Positions 49,692-59,539 of a stretch of DNA of 64,000 bases are shown here, in pieces. The notes under the pieces are model-generated. The model was not told where the DNA came from and did not search any database. It saw only the letters and a program-made list of their open reading frames with translations. Each line of letters opens with the position of its first letter. Position 1 is the stretch's first letter. The translations under genes were made by a program, and so were the position numbers. The stretch covers positions 1 through 64,000 of IMG/VR virus record IMGVR_UViG_3300002220_000322; one strand, 5' to 3'. This DNA comes from a virus. Its lineage: Duplodnaviria > Caudoviricetes.

Positions 49692-49964
49692 TTATTTTAA
49701 ATTTGTAAATACAGGGTCTGCCTCAGATATTTCAGGATCATATATTGAAGCTGTTGGATAAACCCCAGTGGAAGGAATAGGAGAATCAGAAAGGGTACTT
49801 TCTATAATCTCTAGATATCCAAATTTTATTTTTTTAGAAAATTTACTTTTAGTATAAACCTCCTTTAATAAAGATAAAGCTTCTTCTTTATTACTGGCCT
49901 CAACCTGTACAGGAATTTGTACTGTAACAATCCTGTCTTCTTCGCAAATAAATTTATATATCAT
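49692..49964 (-). CDS. Hypothetical protein
   Basis: 90 aa ORF overlapping the ligase stop. Confidence 0.6.
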   Translation of the reverse strand: MIYKFICEEDRIVTVQIPVQVEASNKEEALSLLKEVYTKSKFSKKIKFGYLEIIESTLSDSPIPSTGVYPTASIYDPEISEADPVFTNLK

Positions 49965-51132
49965 ATCTTATTGTTTTAAATACTGGTTGCATAGGAACTC
50001 CTCCGTCGCTTAAGGTAAAATACTTTACATCTCCCATTTTACCAATAATACTATCCATACAATCTATGTATTCTTCTTTTTCTTCCCTACTACCCATAGG
50101 TTTAGCTTCAAATAATTTTCCGTTTTTGGCTTTTAAAACAAAACAAAAATCCTCTGGTCTCAATCCCTCTTTATAGTCTACTATCTCAAAACTATCCTCT
50201 AAATAATCTTTTACTTTTATCCAATCGGAATTTCTTTTTCCTGGCTCATATTTTTTATGGGGCTTTCTAGCAACTAGTCCTTCAAATCCTTCTGAAACAA
50301 ATTTATCATGGTATTTTTTAATATTATTCCATCCTTCTAGATAAATATGTTCTACTATCCTAATACTGGATTCATTTTCAAAATATAATCCCAGGTCTAT
50401 AAGATCATCAAGTCTTTCATTAAAGTATTTATTAGTATCAACTATATCAAACACCCAAAACTCTAATTTATTACAGCGATTTTCCCAGGTTTGTAATCTA
50501 GCAGCTCCAGATATTTTTTGTAGAGACCACCCATGAACATAGAGTTCTCCGTCTAAGGCTATGCCTGTATTATTTTTTAAATACTCTATTAATAATTCAT
50601 TATTTCTTATGTGAGAGGTAGCAACATCATAATTCTTACCTCCTCTACTTATAGAAATAACTTCTCCTTTATCTTCAGACCACTTAAATAAACACCTTAC
50701 TCCGTCAATTTTTCTGCTACAGAATAGCCCCTTATTAAAAATATTAACAGAACAATCATTAGAAGATTTTGCCAACTGGGGCTTTATATTTCCTTCTTGA
50801 TCTGTTTTTATACTAGGAACTATTGTGTTTAGTTCGTCTTGGGTAATTACATTAAATTTAGTAGTAGTAAGATTTGATAACTTTTTATATCCCTTATCTA
50901 AAGCTTTATTTATTAAAGAATTAAACTCTAATTCAGCCTGCATAAATACAGACCTCTTAGCTTTACCTCTTTCTATTGTCTTAGTTGGCTGTTCTGTAAA
51001 TTTTCCGCCAAATTGTCCAGTATTTCTTCTTATATAATAAGTATTACCTTCCTGTTCTAGAGTAAAAATAGCTACTTGAATTTTATCTCTAGCATTTCTG
51101 GTAACCAATACAACTTCATTTTCTACTATCAT
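49954..51132 (-). CDS. lig: ATP-dependent DNA ligase
   Basis: KIDGVR (motif I), LDGELY, FWVFD, EGLVAR, WIKVK and a C-terminal OB fold. Confidence 0.92.
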   Translation of the reverse strand: MIVENEVVLVTRNARDKIQVAIFTLEQEGNTYYIRRNTGQFGGKFTEQPTKTIERGKAKRSVFMQAELEFNSLINKALDKGYKKLSNLTTTKFNVITQDELNTIVPSIKTDQEGNIKPQLAKSSNDCSVNIFNKGLFCSRKIDGVRCLFKWSEDKGEVISISRGGKNYDVATSHIRNNELLIEYLKNNTGIALDGELYVHGWSLQKISGAARLQTWENRCNKLEFWVFDIVDTNKYFNERLDDLIDLGLYFENESSIRIVEHIYLEGWNNIKKYHDKFVSEGFEGLVARKPHKKYEPGKRNSDWIKVKDYLEDSFEIVDYKEGLRPEDFCFVLKAKNGKLFEAKPMGSREEKEEYIDCMDSIIGKMGDVKYFTLSDGGVPMQPVFKTIRYDI

Positions 51133-52518
51133 TACTTAATTCCGCTATCTCCAAAACCAGTTAATCCTCTTGTACTTTCCGGAAGAGTTTCTACTTCCTT
51201 CCATTCTATTGTTTCAAATTTAGATAATACTGCTTGTGCAATTCTATCTCCTTGTGCAATCTCAAATACTTCCTCTCCTAAATTAATAAGTATTACTCCC
51301 CAAAAATTTCTAAAACCCATTTTGTTATCGTAAAGACTCTTTATTCTTTACCTCTGCAATTTCATTTGTTATAGTTGCAGTTCAGACTATATCATCAGTA
51401 ATTACTTACTGCAAGGCGCTCGTGTTAGTATCATCATCCACAGCATTGTCTGTTGGGATTAAACTATTAGTCGTTGAACCTTCAAAGATATTACTATCTA
51501 AGCTTGGCTGCTGATTGTCTACTTCTAGATTTTCCAGCAATTCACCTTGTTTTAAGACGCCAGTTATATTATGCAATATTGTATGTTCTGATCTAGTTAA
51601 AATTTGTAAATTATCTAATCTATTGTCCGATTTAATTTCATTAATATGATGAACATCATAATCATCCTTTAATACATAAAAGTTATTTATAAGTTCAAAG
51701 TATTCTTTATTAAATAACCTATAATTTTTTTCTATAATTAATCTATGTTGTCTAATTCTTCCATGTGTATTACACTTAGGATGATTTGGACAATATTCAT
51801 AGATATAATCATGATGTATTATTTCTAGTCCTTTATAAGAATTATTAAGTTCTCCTTTTAAACCAAATTGATGATTTCCTTCACCAGACATATAATTAGA
51901 TTTTAATTTACTTGCACAATTAACTGAACAAGTAATATCATTTTTTACTCTTTTTATTCTAGATTCTTTTAAATACATTTTTATACCACACACCGCACAT
52001 TCACAGTTTGGTGTTTTATTAAATTTCTGCCATTCTTCATAACATTTATATGAACAAAATTTAGCAGGAAACTTTTTTGTATTTATTACATAATCTTCTT
52101 TTTCACAAATTTCACATTTCATAACTTTAGATTTTTAATTATATCCAAAGATACGAATTATTATCATGAAAAATTATAAAATTTAGAAATTTGTGAATTA
52201 ATCCTGGAACCGTTGTTTAGCGTCTATAGTACCAGGTGTATTAAGTACAGTTACTCCTTCTTTAACAGCTAAACCACTTCTTGGTCGTATCTGAACTTCA
52301 AATCCTTCAGGGACAGCGGCCATTATATTAGTAGGTACTAATGCCCTACCTCCTGGAAAGATAAGTAAAACCTGTCGATCTGAGTCAAAGTCAGAAAAAT
52401 GGAACCATTTATCTGAAAGACCTCTAGAAAAATCTGCTCTAAGATCCATACCAGCATCCCCCGGATTAGTATATTTTGGTAGTTCGTTATTACTTTTATT
52501 TATTACAGGTATTTGCAT
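51132..52518 (-). CDS. dut: dUTPase, spliced complement(join(51132..51317,52219..52518)), 161 aa
   Basis: AGMDL, RPRSGLA, GTIDA|GFRN, GDRIAQ and [10 protein letters not shown] motifs, split over two exons. Confidence 0.92.
51406..52122 (-). CDS. Intron-encoded HNH homing endonuclease with N-terminal Cys4 zinc-finger repeats
   Basis: CxxC...FCSxxC twice, [21 protein letters not shown]...H. Starts in the P1 loop and reads through the ribozyme core. Confidence 0.88.
   Translation of the reverse strand: MKCEICEKEDYVINTKKFPAKFCSYKCYEEWQKFNKTPNCECAVCGIKMYLKESRIKRVKNDITCSVNCASKLKSNYMSGEGNHQFGLKGELNNSYKGLEIIHHDYIYEYCPNHPKCNTHGRIRQHRLIIEKNYRLFNKEYFELINNFYVLKDDYDVHHINEIKSDNRLDNLQILTRSEHTILHNITGVLKQGELLENLEVDNQQPSLDSNIFEGSTTNSLIPTDNAVDDDTNTSALQ
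52146..52153 (-). promoter_or_regulatory. Bacteroidota-type -7 promoter element for the HNH gene
   Basis: Minus strand CGTATCTTTG matches TAnnTTTG, about 24 nt upstream of the HNH ATG. Confidence 0.6.
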
Positions 52519-52790
52519 TATATTAGTGTTTTTAAGTTATATTCAATTTCTTTTTCCCAATCGGGATTATTTTCTGACCAAATAGCCATAATATCTTTTA
52601 AATTTTCATCTTGAAAAATAATAAGAGGGAGATTCCTCGTACCATGCTCTTCTTGCATTTTACGAAGAGTCCCCCTTTTCTTATATTTATTAAAATTAAA
52701 CAATTCAATATAAGCCTTATTATTAAACTTTTGAACGACATCTATTATGAAACTAGTTTCGTTATCATATAAGACTTTAATAGTTTTCAT
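52518..52790 (-). CDS. Hypothetical protein, possibly Cys-less glutaredoxin-like fold
   Basis: 90 aa. [10 protein letters not shown] resembles the glutaredoxin cis-Pro region, but there is no CxxC. Confidence 0.45.
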   Translation of the reverse strand: MKTIKVLYDNETSFIIDVVQKFNNKAYIELFNFNKYKKRGTLRKMQEEHGTRNLPLIIFQDENLKDIMAIWSENNPDWEKEIEYNLKTLI

Positions 52791-53551
52791 TATACTCCTA
52801 ATAAATTATTAACTATTACAGTTTTTTCAAATTTATTTAGAATATCTTTAGTATCATTTGTTAACATTTGGGTAAAACTACCATAAATGTCAAATAAAGT
52901 AGGGTCCATTCCTTCAGGAATATAATATTCACTATCTTGGTTTATAAACAATTCCTTATAAGCATTTATAGGAGTACTTGCGGATATTTTGACTTTACCA
53001 AAGCCATAATCTTCATACTCTCTTAGGGAATAGTCTACCCATTCACCTAGATACCGCTTTCTTTCATCCCTAGATAAATAAGTTTCTTTTAAAGTTTTTA
53101 AAAATCCAGGAAATGTATTTTGATACTCTAATAACTCCTTAATGGGATTTATGTTTATAGGTTGTCCTGGAATTAAATCTTGGGTATTTAAAAGAGTAGG
53201 AGAAAATACACATAGATTTGTACATGCTCTGTTTAAGTATCCCCTATATAATTTAACTACTGGTTTTCTAACATCAATGCCATATAAAAACCCAATAACC
53301 TCATCATGATTATCTATACAATATTTTTCAGGCAATACTGCTTGTATTAATACTCTATTATATGTGATATCTTCTTTATTTTTAGTCTTAGTTACTTGTT
53401 CTGGAAGAACTACTTGAATTCTAAAATCATCAGTAAATTTAGACATTTTTTCGATAAAGGGTTCTGTATAAATTTTAGTGGAAAAAAACTCTTTATCTTT
53501 TATGATTGTTTCTTTACCTTGAAACAATTCTGCTATTGAAATATTATTCAT
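52790..53551 (-). CDS. Conserved crAss protein (DUF932-like)
   Basis: 253 aa with a GYLNRACTNLCVF motif like DUF932/DUF945 R-x-x-C-x-N. Family call is tentative. Confidence 0.5.
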   Translation of the reverse strand: MNNISIAELFQGKETIIKDKEFFSTKIYTEPFIEKMSKFTDDFRIQVVLPEQVTKTKNKEDITYNRVLIQAVLPEKYCIDNHDEVIGFLYGIDVRKPVVKLYRGYLNRACTNLCVFSPTLLNTQDLIPGQPININPIKELLEYQNTFPGFLKTLKETYLSRDERKRYLGEWVDYSLREYEDYGFGKVKISASTPINAYKELFINQDSEYYIPEGMDPTLFDIYGSFTQMLTNDTKDILNKFEKTVIVNNLLGV

Positions 53552-53846
53552 ACCATTCAGCTAATGTTCTTAAATCAATCAATCCATAACTTTCCCAAAA
53601 AGAAGTCATTTCCTTATAAGTTTCTTCTGAAACTTCCCTTATAATAAGAGAATTTATTAGTTCTTCATAAGACTTAAAATTAATATATTCATTTGCACCA
53701 AAATAAATTTCTACATCATCACTAATGTCTAAAGAAGACATTCTTTCTTTCCATAATGTAAATTTATCTTCTGTAGTAAACCACAATACTGGAACATCAA
53801 ATTCATCTGCCCAGCAAAGATTCATTTCTATTAATACATATTTCAT
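53544..53846 (-). CDS. Hypothetical acidic protein
   Basis: 100 aa, overlaps both neighbours. Confidence 0.6.
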   Translation of the reverse strand: MKYVLIEMNLCWADEFDVPVLWFTTEDKFTLWKERMSSLDISDDVEIYFGANEYINFKSYEELINSLIIREVSEETYKEMTSFWESYGLIDLRTLAEWYE

Positions 53847-55249
53847 AATAATAACCTTCCTTCAAATATAGAATTTCCTATTAATATATCATAATCTAAA
53901 CAAGCCTGAGTATTTCCAAAGTTTTTATGTATCCATTCAGAAGAACCAAAGAAAGATCCTACAGATTTATATCTAAATTTCTTGGCATATGTAGTAGCCG
54001 TTTGATGTAAATCTCCTTTAATAAAATGGATAGTGCCATTTAATTTATTATAATCTATTAATTCAGAAATTTGATTTTCTGTTCTATCATTTAAAACTAA
54101 AGGTAATCCTTTAAACATATCTTTTGCGTCTTTTCCGTGAGAAAGTAAGAAAATATGATCTTTTACCTCAAAAGAATCAATAAACTTATTAAATACTCTA
54201 GCCGTTAAATTAGGAATTCTAGAAGGCAGTAGATATTCTAATACTTTGTTGGCCATATACCCTGCATCACCATCATGATTTCCTCCTTCTACTGCTATAT
54301 ATTGTATAGAACTAAATTTTCCAGAGACTGCCAAACTATCAAACAACTCAACAATAAGTTTTATAAAATTATTAAATTGTTCTTTATTATTCATATTTTG
54401 TGGGAGAGTATGTCCTCTTCTTGTAGTTTGTCCGTCCATACCATCTAATGAATCTCCTAAATTACATACTATAATATTAGTAGCATTAAAGTTATAAGCA
54501 TCTTCAATTAACTTAGTGATTATTTTAGCCATTCTAGTTCTAGCTACTTCATAATCAAATTTATTTTCGTATAAAGAAAATGGAGAAACATCTGCTCCTA
54601 TATGCATATCACTTAAATATACTATAATAGTATTATCAGTAGCTAAGGTAGGGGTCGAATAGGTTATCTTAGTTTCTATATTTAACTCATTGAGAAATGA
54701 AGAAAAGTTTATTACAGATTCTTGCAAATCTCTGTGTTTTTTTCTTAATTCGTTATAATCCTGTTCTAATTTTTTAGACCTGTTTTGTTCTAGTCTTTTT
54801 AGGAAATTATTATCTTTATTTTGATAATATAGTTCCTCCATTTGTTCATATGTATGTTCTTCCTTTATATGAGGGGCAAATGGAACACAATCTTTAGTAA
54901 TATTAAAGGCTCTTAATATTTTTTTAAAATCTCTGAAAGTAAAATGAGGAAAATATCTTGAAGCAGCCCTTTGAGTAAGGTTAGCTCCTTCATTAGAGTA
55001 TAGATTATAGATTAAATTCATCTCTTCTCTAGAAAGTTCTCCTTCCAAAGTTGGCTTATCTCTTACAAGAATTTTAAATTTATACCCCTTAATGGGATTT
55101 TTTACTTCTCCATTAATAGTAATTGTTTTTTCTGAATCTCTTATAATTTCTGTATGATTTCTTTCACTCATGCTTTCATCATAGGAGGCATCATAATTTA
55201 CTTCTTCGGGATTATTTTCAGAAAGACTATTTTGATTTAATTCACTCAT
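53843..55249 (-). CDS. Calcineurin-like phosphoesterase/nuclease with N-terminal helical region
   Basis: SDMHIG, GDSLDG, GNHD, SHG and GDLH motifs. Ends in TGA (ATGA overlap). Confidence 0.8.
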   Translation of the reverse strand: MSELNQNSLSENNPEEVNYDASYDESMSERNHTEIIRDSEKTITINGEVKNPIKGYKFKILVRDKPTLEGELSREEMNLIYNLYSNEGANLTQRAASRYFPHFTFRDFKKILRAFNITKDCVPFAPHIKEEHTYEQMEELYYQNKDNNFLKRLEQNRSKKLEQDYNELRKKHRDLQESVINFSSFLNELNIETKITYSTPTLATDNTIIVYLSDMHIGADVSPFSLYENKFDYEVARTRMAKIITKLIEDAYNFNATNIIVCNLGDSLDGMDGQTTRRGHTLPQNMNNKEQFNNFIKLIVELFDSLAVSGKFSSIQYIAVEGGNHDGDAGYMANKVLEYLLPSRIPNLTARVFNKFIDSFEVKDHIFLLSHGKDAKDMFKGLPLVLNDRTENQISELIDYNKLNGTIHFIKGDLHQTATTYAKKFRYKSVGSFFGSSEWIHKNFGNTQACLDYDILIGNSIFEGRLLL

Positions 55250-55304
55250 TTATAAGACTTTTGAAGCAGTTACGCTGTTAATGATGTTACTTTTTTTAAT
55301 AATG

Positions 55305-55336
55305 AAAAAAAGGCCAGTAGTAAATACTACTGACCT
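55305..55336 (-). terminator. Rho-independent terminator
   Basis: Minus strand AGGTCAGTAGTA-TTT-ACTACTGGCCT followed by a T tract, downstream of 55353. Confidence 0.8.
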
Positions 55337-55352
55337 ATCTAGAATTGTTTGG

Positions 55353-55937
55353 TTATTCACGGGTGAAGAAGATAAACTTACCCATTTTTGCTGATTTTGA
55401 AGGAGTATATTTACCATAAGAGGCATATTTTTGTCCTTCAGTTACTTCTTTTACAATCTCAATCACATAATCTTTTTTGTTAGCTTCAATAAGCTCTTTC
55501 ATTTTCTTTACAGCTACGTCTTTTTTCTCTGCCTTAGCTTCTACAGCTCCTACAGATAATACCTCAACTGTTACCTCAACAGAGGTTTCTCCTTCTTCAT
55601 TTACTACTGGACGTTCCTTAGTTTTAAAAGTACCTTCTTTAATTTGATAGGTAGTTTTAGTTTTCCTTTTTCCATGAGTAGCCTCGTTAATTACATTATA
55701 AGGACGTAACCTTGAATCATCAGTTGCGGGATCTACAACTAAATATGCACCCATAACTTTATGTTCCTTAATATAATTCTCCATGAAATTTTTCAATTCT
55801 TTAGAATTTACAGGAGAACCTTTACGTTTCCATGACTGAGTTGCATTTTTCAAATCTTCTAATTCAACTTCTAAATTTGTTGATTTCAGTGCTTTTTCTT
55901 TTGAATAACCTTGTGCTTCTACGATTTTCATATTCAT
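55353..55937 (-). CDS. Conserved hypothetical K/E-rich protein in its own transcription unit
   Basis: 194 aa, flanked by a promoter-like element and a terminator. Confidence 0.7.
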   Translation of the reverse strand: MNMKIVEAQGYSKEKALKSTNLEVELEDLKNATQSWKRKGSPVNSKELKNFMENYIKEHKVMGAYLVVDPATDDSRLRPYNVINEATHGKRKTKTTYQIKEGTFKTKERPVVNEEGETSVEVTVEVLSVGAVEAKAEKKDVAVKKMKELIEANKKDYVIEIVKEVTEGQKYASYGKYTPSKSAKMGKFIFFTRE

Positions 55938-55995
55938 TTACATTTTTAAAATTTTAATAAAAAATATCTGGTAAGTCTATCATCTAAATACTATA

Positions 55996-56030
55996 CAAAG
56001 ATACATACTTAAATTGAATAAAACAATAAA
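55996..56030 (-). promoter_or_regulatory. Bacteroidota primary-sigma-type promoter
   Basis: Intergenic minus-strand TTG...GTATCTTTG (TAnnTTTG at 56003-55996), about 60 nt upstream of ATG 55937. Confidence 0.65.
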
Positions 56031-56048
56031 AAGTATGTTAATAAATTG

Positions 56049-56966
56049 TTAAATTGACATTGATTTATATTTTCCCTTAACTTCAGTATAATCTTGTTTA
56101 TGTATTGTATGTAAGATTTTACTAAAAGCTTCATCTATAGAATATTCTAAAAGGAAAATACAAATATAAAGTTCTTTTAAATCTGCTAGGGAAAGGCCCT
56201 CACTTCTAACTACTAGTTCTTCCAATTTAGTGTCAGGAACTCTCTTAAATTTAAAATATTCTCTCCTAACTACTTCATTTGGATAATCTATAGCTATCCT
56301 TAAATCTATTCTACTAGGTCTTAAATAAGTATCATCAAGTTCTTCAGTGTTATTACTAGTAGCAATGATAACATGATGTTCTATTTGAAGCTTTCCATCG
56401 AGAAAATCTAATAGATACGATTCATAATCTGAATATTCATCTATATCCTCCAGTATAGTTATAATAGGAGTAGTGGGCTGAATTTTTCTAAAACTATTTT
56501 TTAAAAAAGAAATATAATGAACTAAATTACTAGGACCCTCTACTTTAAATACTATTCCCCCAGATTTTATAATTCTGTCTGAAGCAAGAGATATAATAGA
56601 ACTTTTACCAGTTCCAGGATATCCTTCTAATAAAATACCTCTTTTATGAACTAGTTTATTTTCTTTATAAAGATCTGATTTTTTCCAAAATAAATCTATT
56701 TCTGATAATAGAGTTTCTGTTTTAGAATCACTAAAGATAAATAATTCATCTGAACAAACAGTTATTTGTTTGCAATAAATACCATAGTCCCTACTAAACT
56801 CTACAGAATATAATCCGGGGTCTAATTTACCTTGCACTTTAATATTAGTAGAGGGTCTAAAAATATCATCTTCTACTAACCACAAAGAAATGGGTTTATC
56901 TGACATAGGTCTTGTTGATACCTCATCAGCTTCTATAAAAAATATTGAGTCTAAAATGGAGTCCAT
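56049..56966 (-). CDS. AAA+ ATPase
   Basis: GYPGTGKS Walker A, ILEDID Walker B, ATSN sensor, LRPSRID arginine finger. Confidence 0.88.
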   Translation of the reverse strand: MDSILDSIFFIEADEVSTRPMSDKPISLWLVEDDIFRPSTNIKVQGKLDPGLYSVEFSRDYGIYCKQITVCSDELFIFSDSKTETLLSEIDLFWKKSDLYKENKLVHKRGILLEGYPGTGKSSIISLASDRIIKSGGIVFKVEGPSNLVHYISFLKNSFRKIQPTTPIITILEDIDEYSDYESYLLDFLDGKLQIEHHVIIATSNNTEELDDTYLRPSRIDLRIAIDYPNEVVRREYFKFKRVPDTKLEELVVRSEGLSLADLKELYICIFLLEYSIDEAFSKILHTIHKQDYTEVKGKYKSMSI

Positions 56967-57373
56967 GTATTTAATATTTGTTTTATTTTATTTATTATTT
57001 CGTCAGAAGATTTTAAACCACAGCTATTTGCAGACTTATGTCCATAAGATAAATCTTCTATAATTATTGAAAAATTTTCTAAAGAATTACTAAAGCTAGA
57101 AGATATATTAGGGCCTACTATTTTTTTAATTATATCAAAAGGAGTTATTTTAGGATTTTGTTCCTTAAGTTTTAAATAAGTAAGACAAAGCAACGATATT
57201 AAAACAAGAGTTTGTTCAACGCTATTACCTTCTATATATCCTATACTAAAGGATAAGTCGTGTAATTTCTTTTTATCTGCATACTCTAATTTATTTATCT
57301 CTTCACTTAGCTCTCTTATTTTAGAATAATTACTAGAATCCGATGGGTTATTTTTTAACTGTTCATTTTCCAT
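56951..57373 (-). CDS. Hypothetical protein
   Basis: 140 aa, overlaps both neighbours, ends TAG. Confidence 0.65.
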   Translation of the reverse strand: MENEQLKNNPSDSSNYSKIRELSEEINKLEYADKKKLHDLSFSIGYIEGNSVEQTLVLISLLCLTYLKLKEQNPKITPFDIIKKIVGPNISSSFSNSLENFSIIIEDLSYGHKSANSCGLKSSDEIINKIKQILNTWTPF

Positions 57374-58407
57374 ATAGCAATATCAGTTAATAACTTTTTA
57401 AATTCTTGTATTCCTCTTTTTACATGAGCATTTTTAACTTTATATACTTTAGTCTGAAAATTTGGCACAGTCTCTAAAACAACCATATTAGCATTAGTTT
57501 TATAAATAAGACCAAATTGTTGTTGTACAGCACATTGTGCTAACCAAGAATACAAAGCTATCTGTCTATAATATCTATATTTCTGAAAAGACCCATCAAA
57601 CCACTTCCAAACACTTTTATCTTCTTCTACTACTTTAACTCTATTACCCATAAAAAAGGTAATGGGTTTACTTGTAGTTTTTAAGTCATTTATAATTATG
57701 ATATTATTATCATGATCTATTAACAAATTGTCAAGCTTACCTTTTATTTTAAGTATTATACTCCTGTCTCCTACGGTAACTTTAATATCACATAAAATAG
57801 CATACTCATTAAAAGACTCAATAGAACCTTTAAGTTGTTCAGGATATACAAATTTAGTAACATCCGAATTATCTAAAGCAGTTTTTATACAAGAATAATA
57901 TTTTGAATAATTACTATCAGATAAATAGATAGGACATTTACCAAAATTTTCCTTCCTTTCAATTTGCTCTTCGTGTCTAAGATAATGATAATATTTGAAT
58001 CCTGTCTTTAAGGCTGTTTTTAATCTATTACTAGATAATTTTCCTTTGTAGTAATCTGCAGAAATAGAAGCTAGGTTTACACACTCTACAATACTATAGC
58101 CTAATTTTCTATTTTTAAATACCTCTTCTATAAATATACCTAATTTTCCGCCTGGCTTAATAAATTTGGATATATAAAATAAATCTTTTTGAAGTAAGGA
58201 TGCATGTATAGCACCTCCTAACTCAAAAGAAGAAGAATACTCAGATTTAAATCCTTCTTCAAATTTTTCTATAGAACCTCCTTCATCTGGGTTTATGAGA
58301 CTTAACTTAGAATTAGATATATATTCTTTATACTGTTCACTAAAATATATAGCATCATCCATTTTAGTAAAGATAATGCTATCAGGAATTATTTCAATTT
58401 CCGCCAC
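57355..58407 (-). CDS. PD-(D/E)xK exonuclease (RecE/exonuclease VIII-like)
   Basis: ISNSKL, GGAIH, NE, KGKLD, NDLKT and YYRQIALY motifs. Confidence 0.8.
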   Translation of the reverse strand: MAEIEIIPDSIIFTKMDDAIYFSEQYKEYISNSKLSLINPDEGGSIEKFEEGFKSEYSSSFELGGAIHASLLQKDLFYISKFIKPGGKLGIFIEEVFKNRKLGYSIVECVNLASISADYYKGKLSSNRLKTALKTGFKYYHYLRHEEQIERKENFGKCPIYLSDSNYSKYYSCIKTALDNSDVTKFVYPEQLKGSIESFNEYAILCDIKVTVGDRSIILKIKGKLDNLLIDHDNNIIIINDLKTTSKPITFFMGNRVKVVEEDKSVWKWFDGSFQKYRYYRQIALYSWLAQCAVQQQFGLIYKTNANMVVLETVPNFQTKVYKVKNAHVKRGIQEFKKLLTDIAIWKMNS

Positions 58408-58895
58408 AAATTTAATATATTATTTATATCGAGATCATATACTCGATAGGGTGTTTTAATTTTCTGATTATGAGAGGCATCCATAAGTAAACAAAAAATA
58501 CCATTAGAATGACATTCCCTAAAAGTTTCTACTTTATCGTCTATAAATATGTCACATTCTAATTCTTTTAAAACTTTTATCTTACTTTGTCCCCAAGAAA
58601 CTTGATGAACATTACTTCTTCCCGGAATATTATTTAGTTTTAATGATTCTTTTGTCCAGGATTTGGGAATGCCTCTAGCGCTAACAAAACCTTTAGGTTT
58701 AAAATTAGGTCTATTTTTTAAAGATAAAGATAACCAAAATTCTTTTTCTTTGCTTAATTTTGTTAATCTTTTTTTAACAAGATTTGAATTTAACCAAGAC
58801 TTAGGAACTTTAGTATTAAATCTATCGGCATATCCTTCGTACCAATTAAAAATAACATCATCTATATCTAAATAAATATTGAGAGATTTTTTCAT
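58389..58895 (-). CDS. HAD-superfamily 5'-nucleotidase-like hydrolase
   Basis: LDIDDV motif I, VSAR motif II, K, FIDDK motif IV. Confidence 0.8.
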   Translation of the reverse strand: MKKSLNIYLDIDDVIFNWYEGYADRFNTKVPKSWLNSNLVKKRLTKLSKEKEFWLSLSLKNRPNFKPKGFVSARGIPKSWTKESLKLNNIPGRSNVHQVSWGQSKIKVLKELECDIFIDDKVETFRECHSNGIFCLLMDASHNQKIKTPYRVYDLDINNILNLWRKLK

Positions 58896-58898
58896 AAT

Positions 58899-59213
58899 TT
58901 ATAAAGTTAATTGTTCATAATCTTTAAAGTCTTCTAATTCTTTGCCTGTAATAACTTCTTCTATTGTATAATGAAAATACTCATCATAGATCATAGAAAG
59001 ATGTTCTAATTCTTCAGGAGTTAACTCCTCATATTCTTTATATGGAAACTCCTCTTCAAGTACATATTCTTCACAACCAAAAGACTCAAAATTTTCATAA
59101 GCCAAAGTATTGGCAAATATTTCTATTTCATCTAATTCTTTATCTGTGGTTAGGACATATGTATTATCCATACCGCACCAATTAGTGCTTACTGTTATTA
59201 AATATTTCTTCAT
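58899..59213 (-). CDS. Hypothetical acidic protein
   Basis: 104 aa, TAATG-coupled. Confidence 0.6.
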   Translation of the reverse strand: MKKYLITVSTNWCGMDNTYVLTTDKELDEIEIFANTLAYENFESFGCEEYVLEEEFPYKEYEELTPEELEHLSMIYDEYFHYTIEEVITGKELEDFKDYEQLTL

Positions 59214-59539
59214 TAAAAAGTTTCGTATACTATGGTATCCATTTTATTTTCTAGAAAAGCAAGAGTTTCTGAAGTTATCCAAGGATATTCTGAAGTATCT
59301 TTAAGAACAGATAATTCATAATATAATGAAGAAAATCCATCTTCGTAGCCTTGTTTTAGTCCTACATAAGACCCTTCCTCAAATCCTTTATTGTAATACT
59401 CTACTGCAGAAGTAGAAATATCCTCCATAAGATCATTAATTTCAGGTTCTAATTCTTGTAACAATTTAGAAGAAAGGTCATAATCATCCTCTTCATATCC
59501 AAAATGTTTATTTAAAAATGAGGAAATAATATTAATCAT
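59213..59539 (-). CDS. Hypothetical protein with GxxxG repeats
   Basis: 108 aa, KGFEEGSYVGLKQGYEDG. Confidence 0.6.
   Translation of the reverse strand: MINIISSFLNKHFGYEEDDYDLSSKLLQELEPEINDLMEDISTSAVEYYNKGFEEGSYVGLKQGYEDGFSSLYYELSVLKDTSEYPWITSETLAFLENKMDTIVYETF

Larger units (their letters stand above)
51318..52218 (-). mobile_element. Group I intron in dUTPase gene (901 nt)
   Basis: On the minus strand the exon ends AGACGCU and pairs with IGS GGCGTCT. Core elements: P AATTGCTGGAAA, Q AATCAGCAGCC, R GGTTCAACGACTA, S ATGATATAGTC. Terminal G at 51318; splicing restores the frame. Confidence 0.9.

Noticed and set aside
51132-51320. ORFs 51132..51320, 52198..52518 and 62436..62810 as independent genes
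   Set aside because: They are exons of intron-split dUTPase and ATPase genes.
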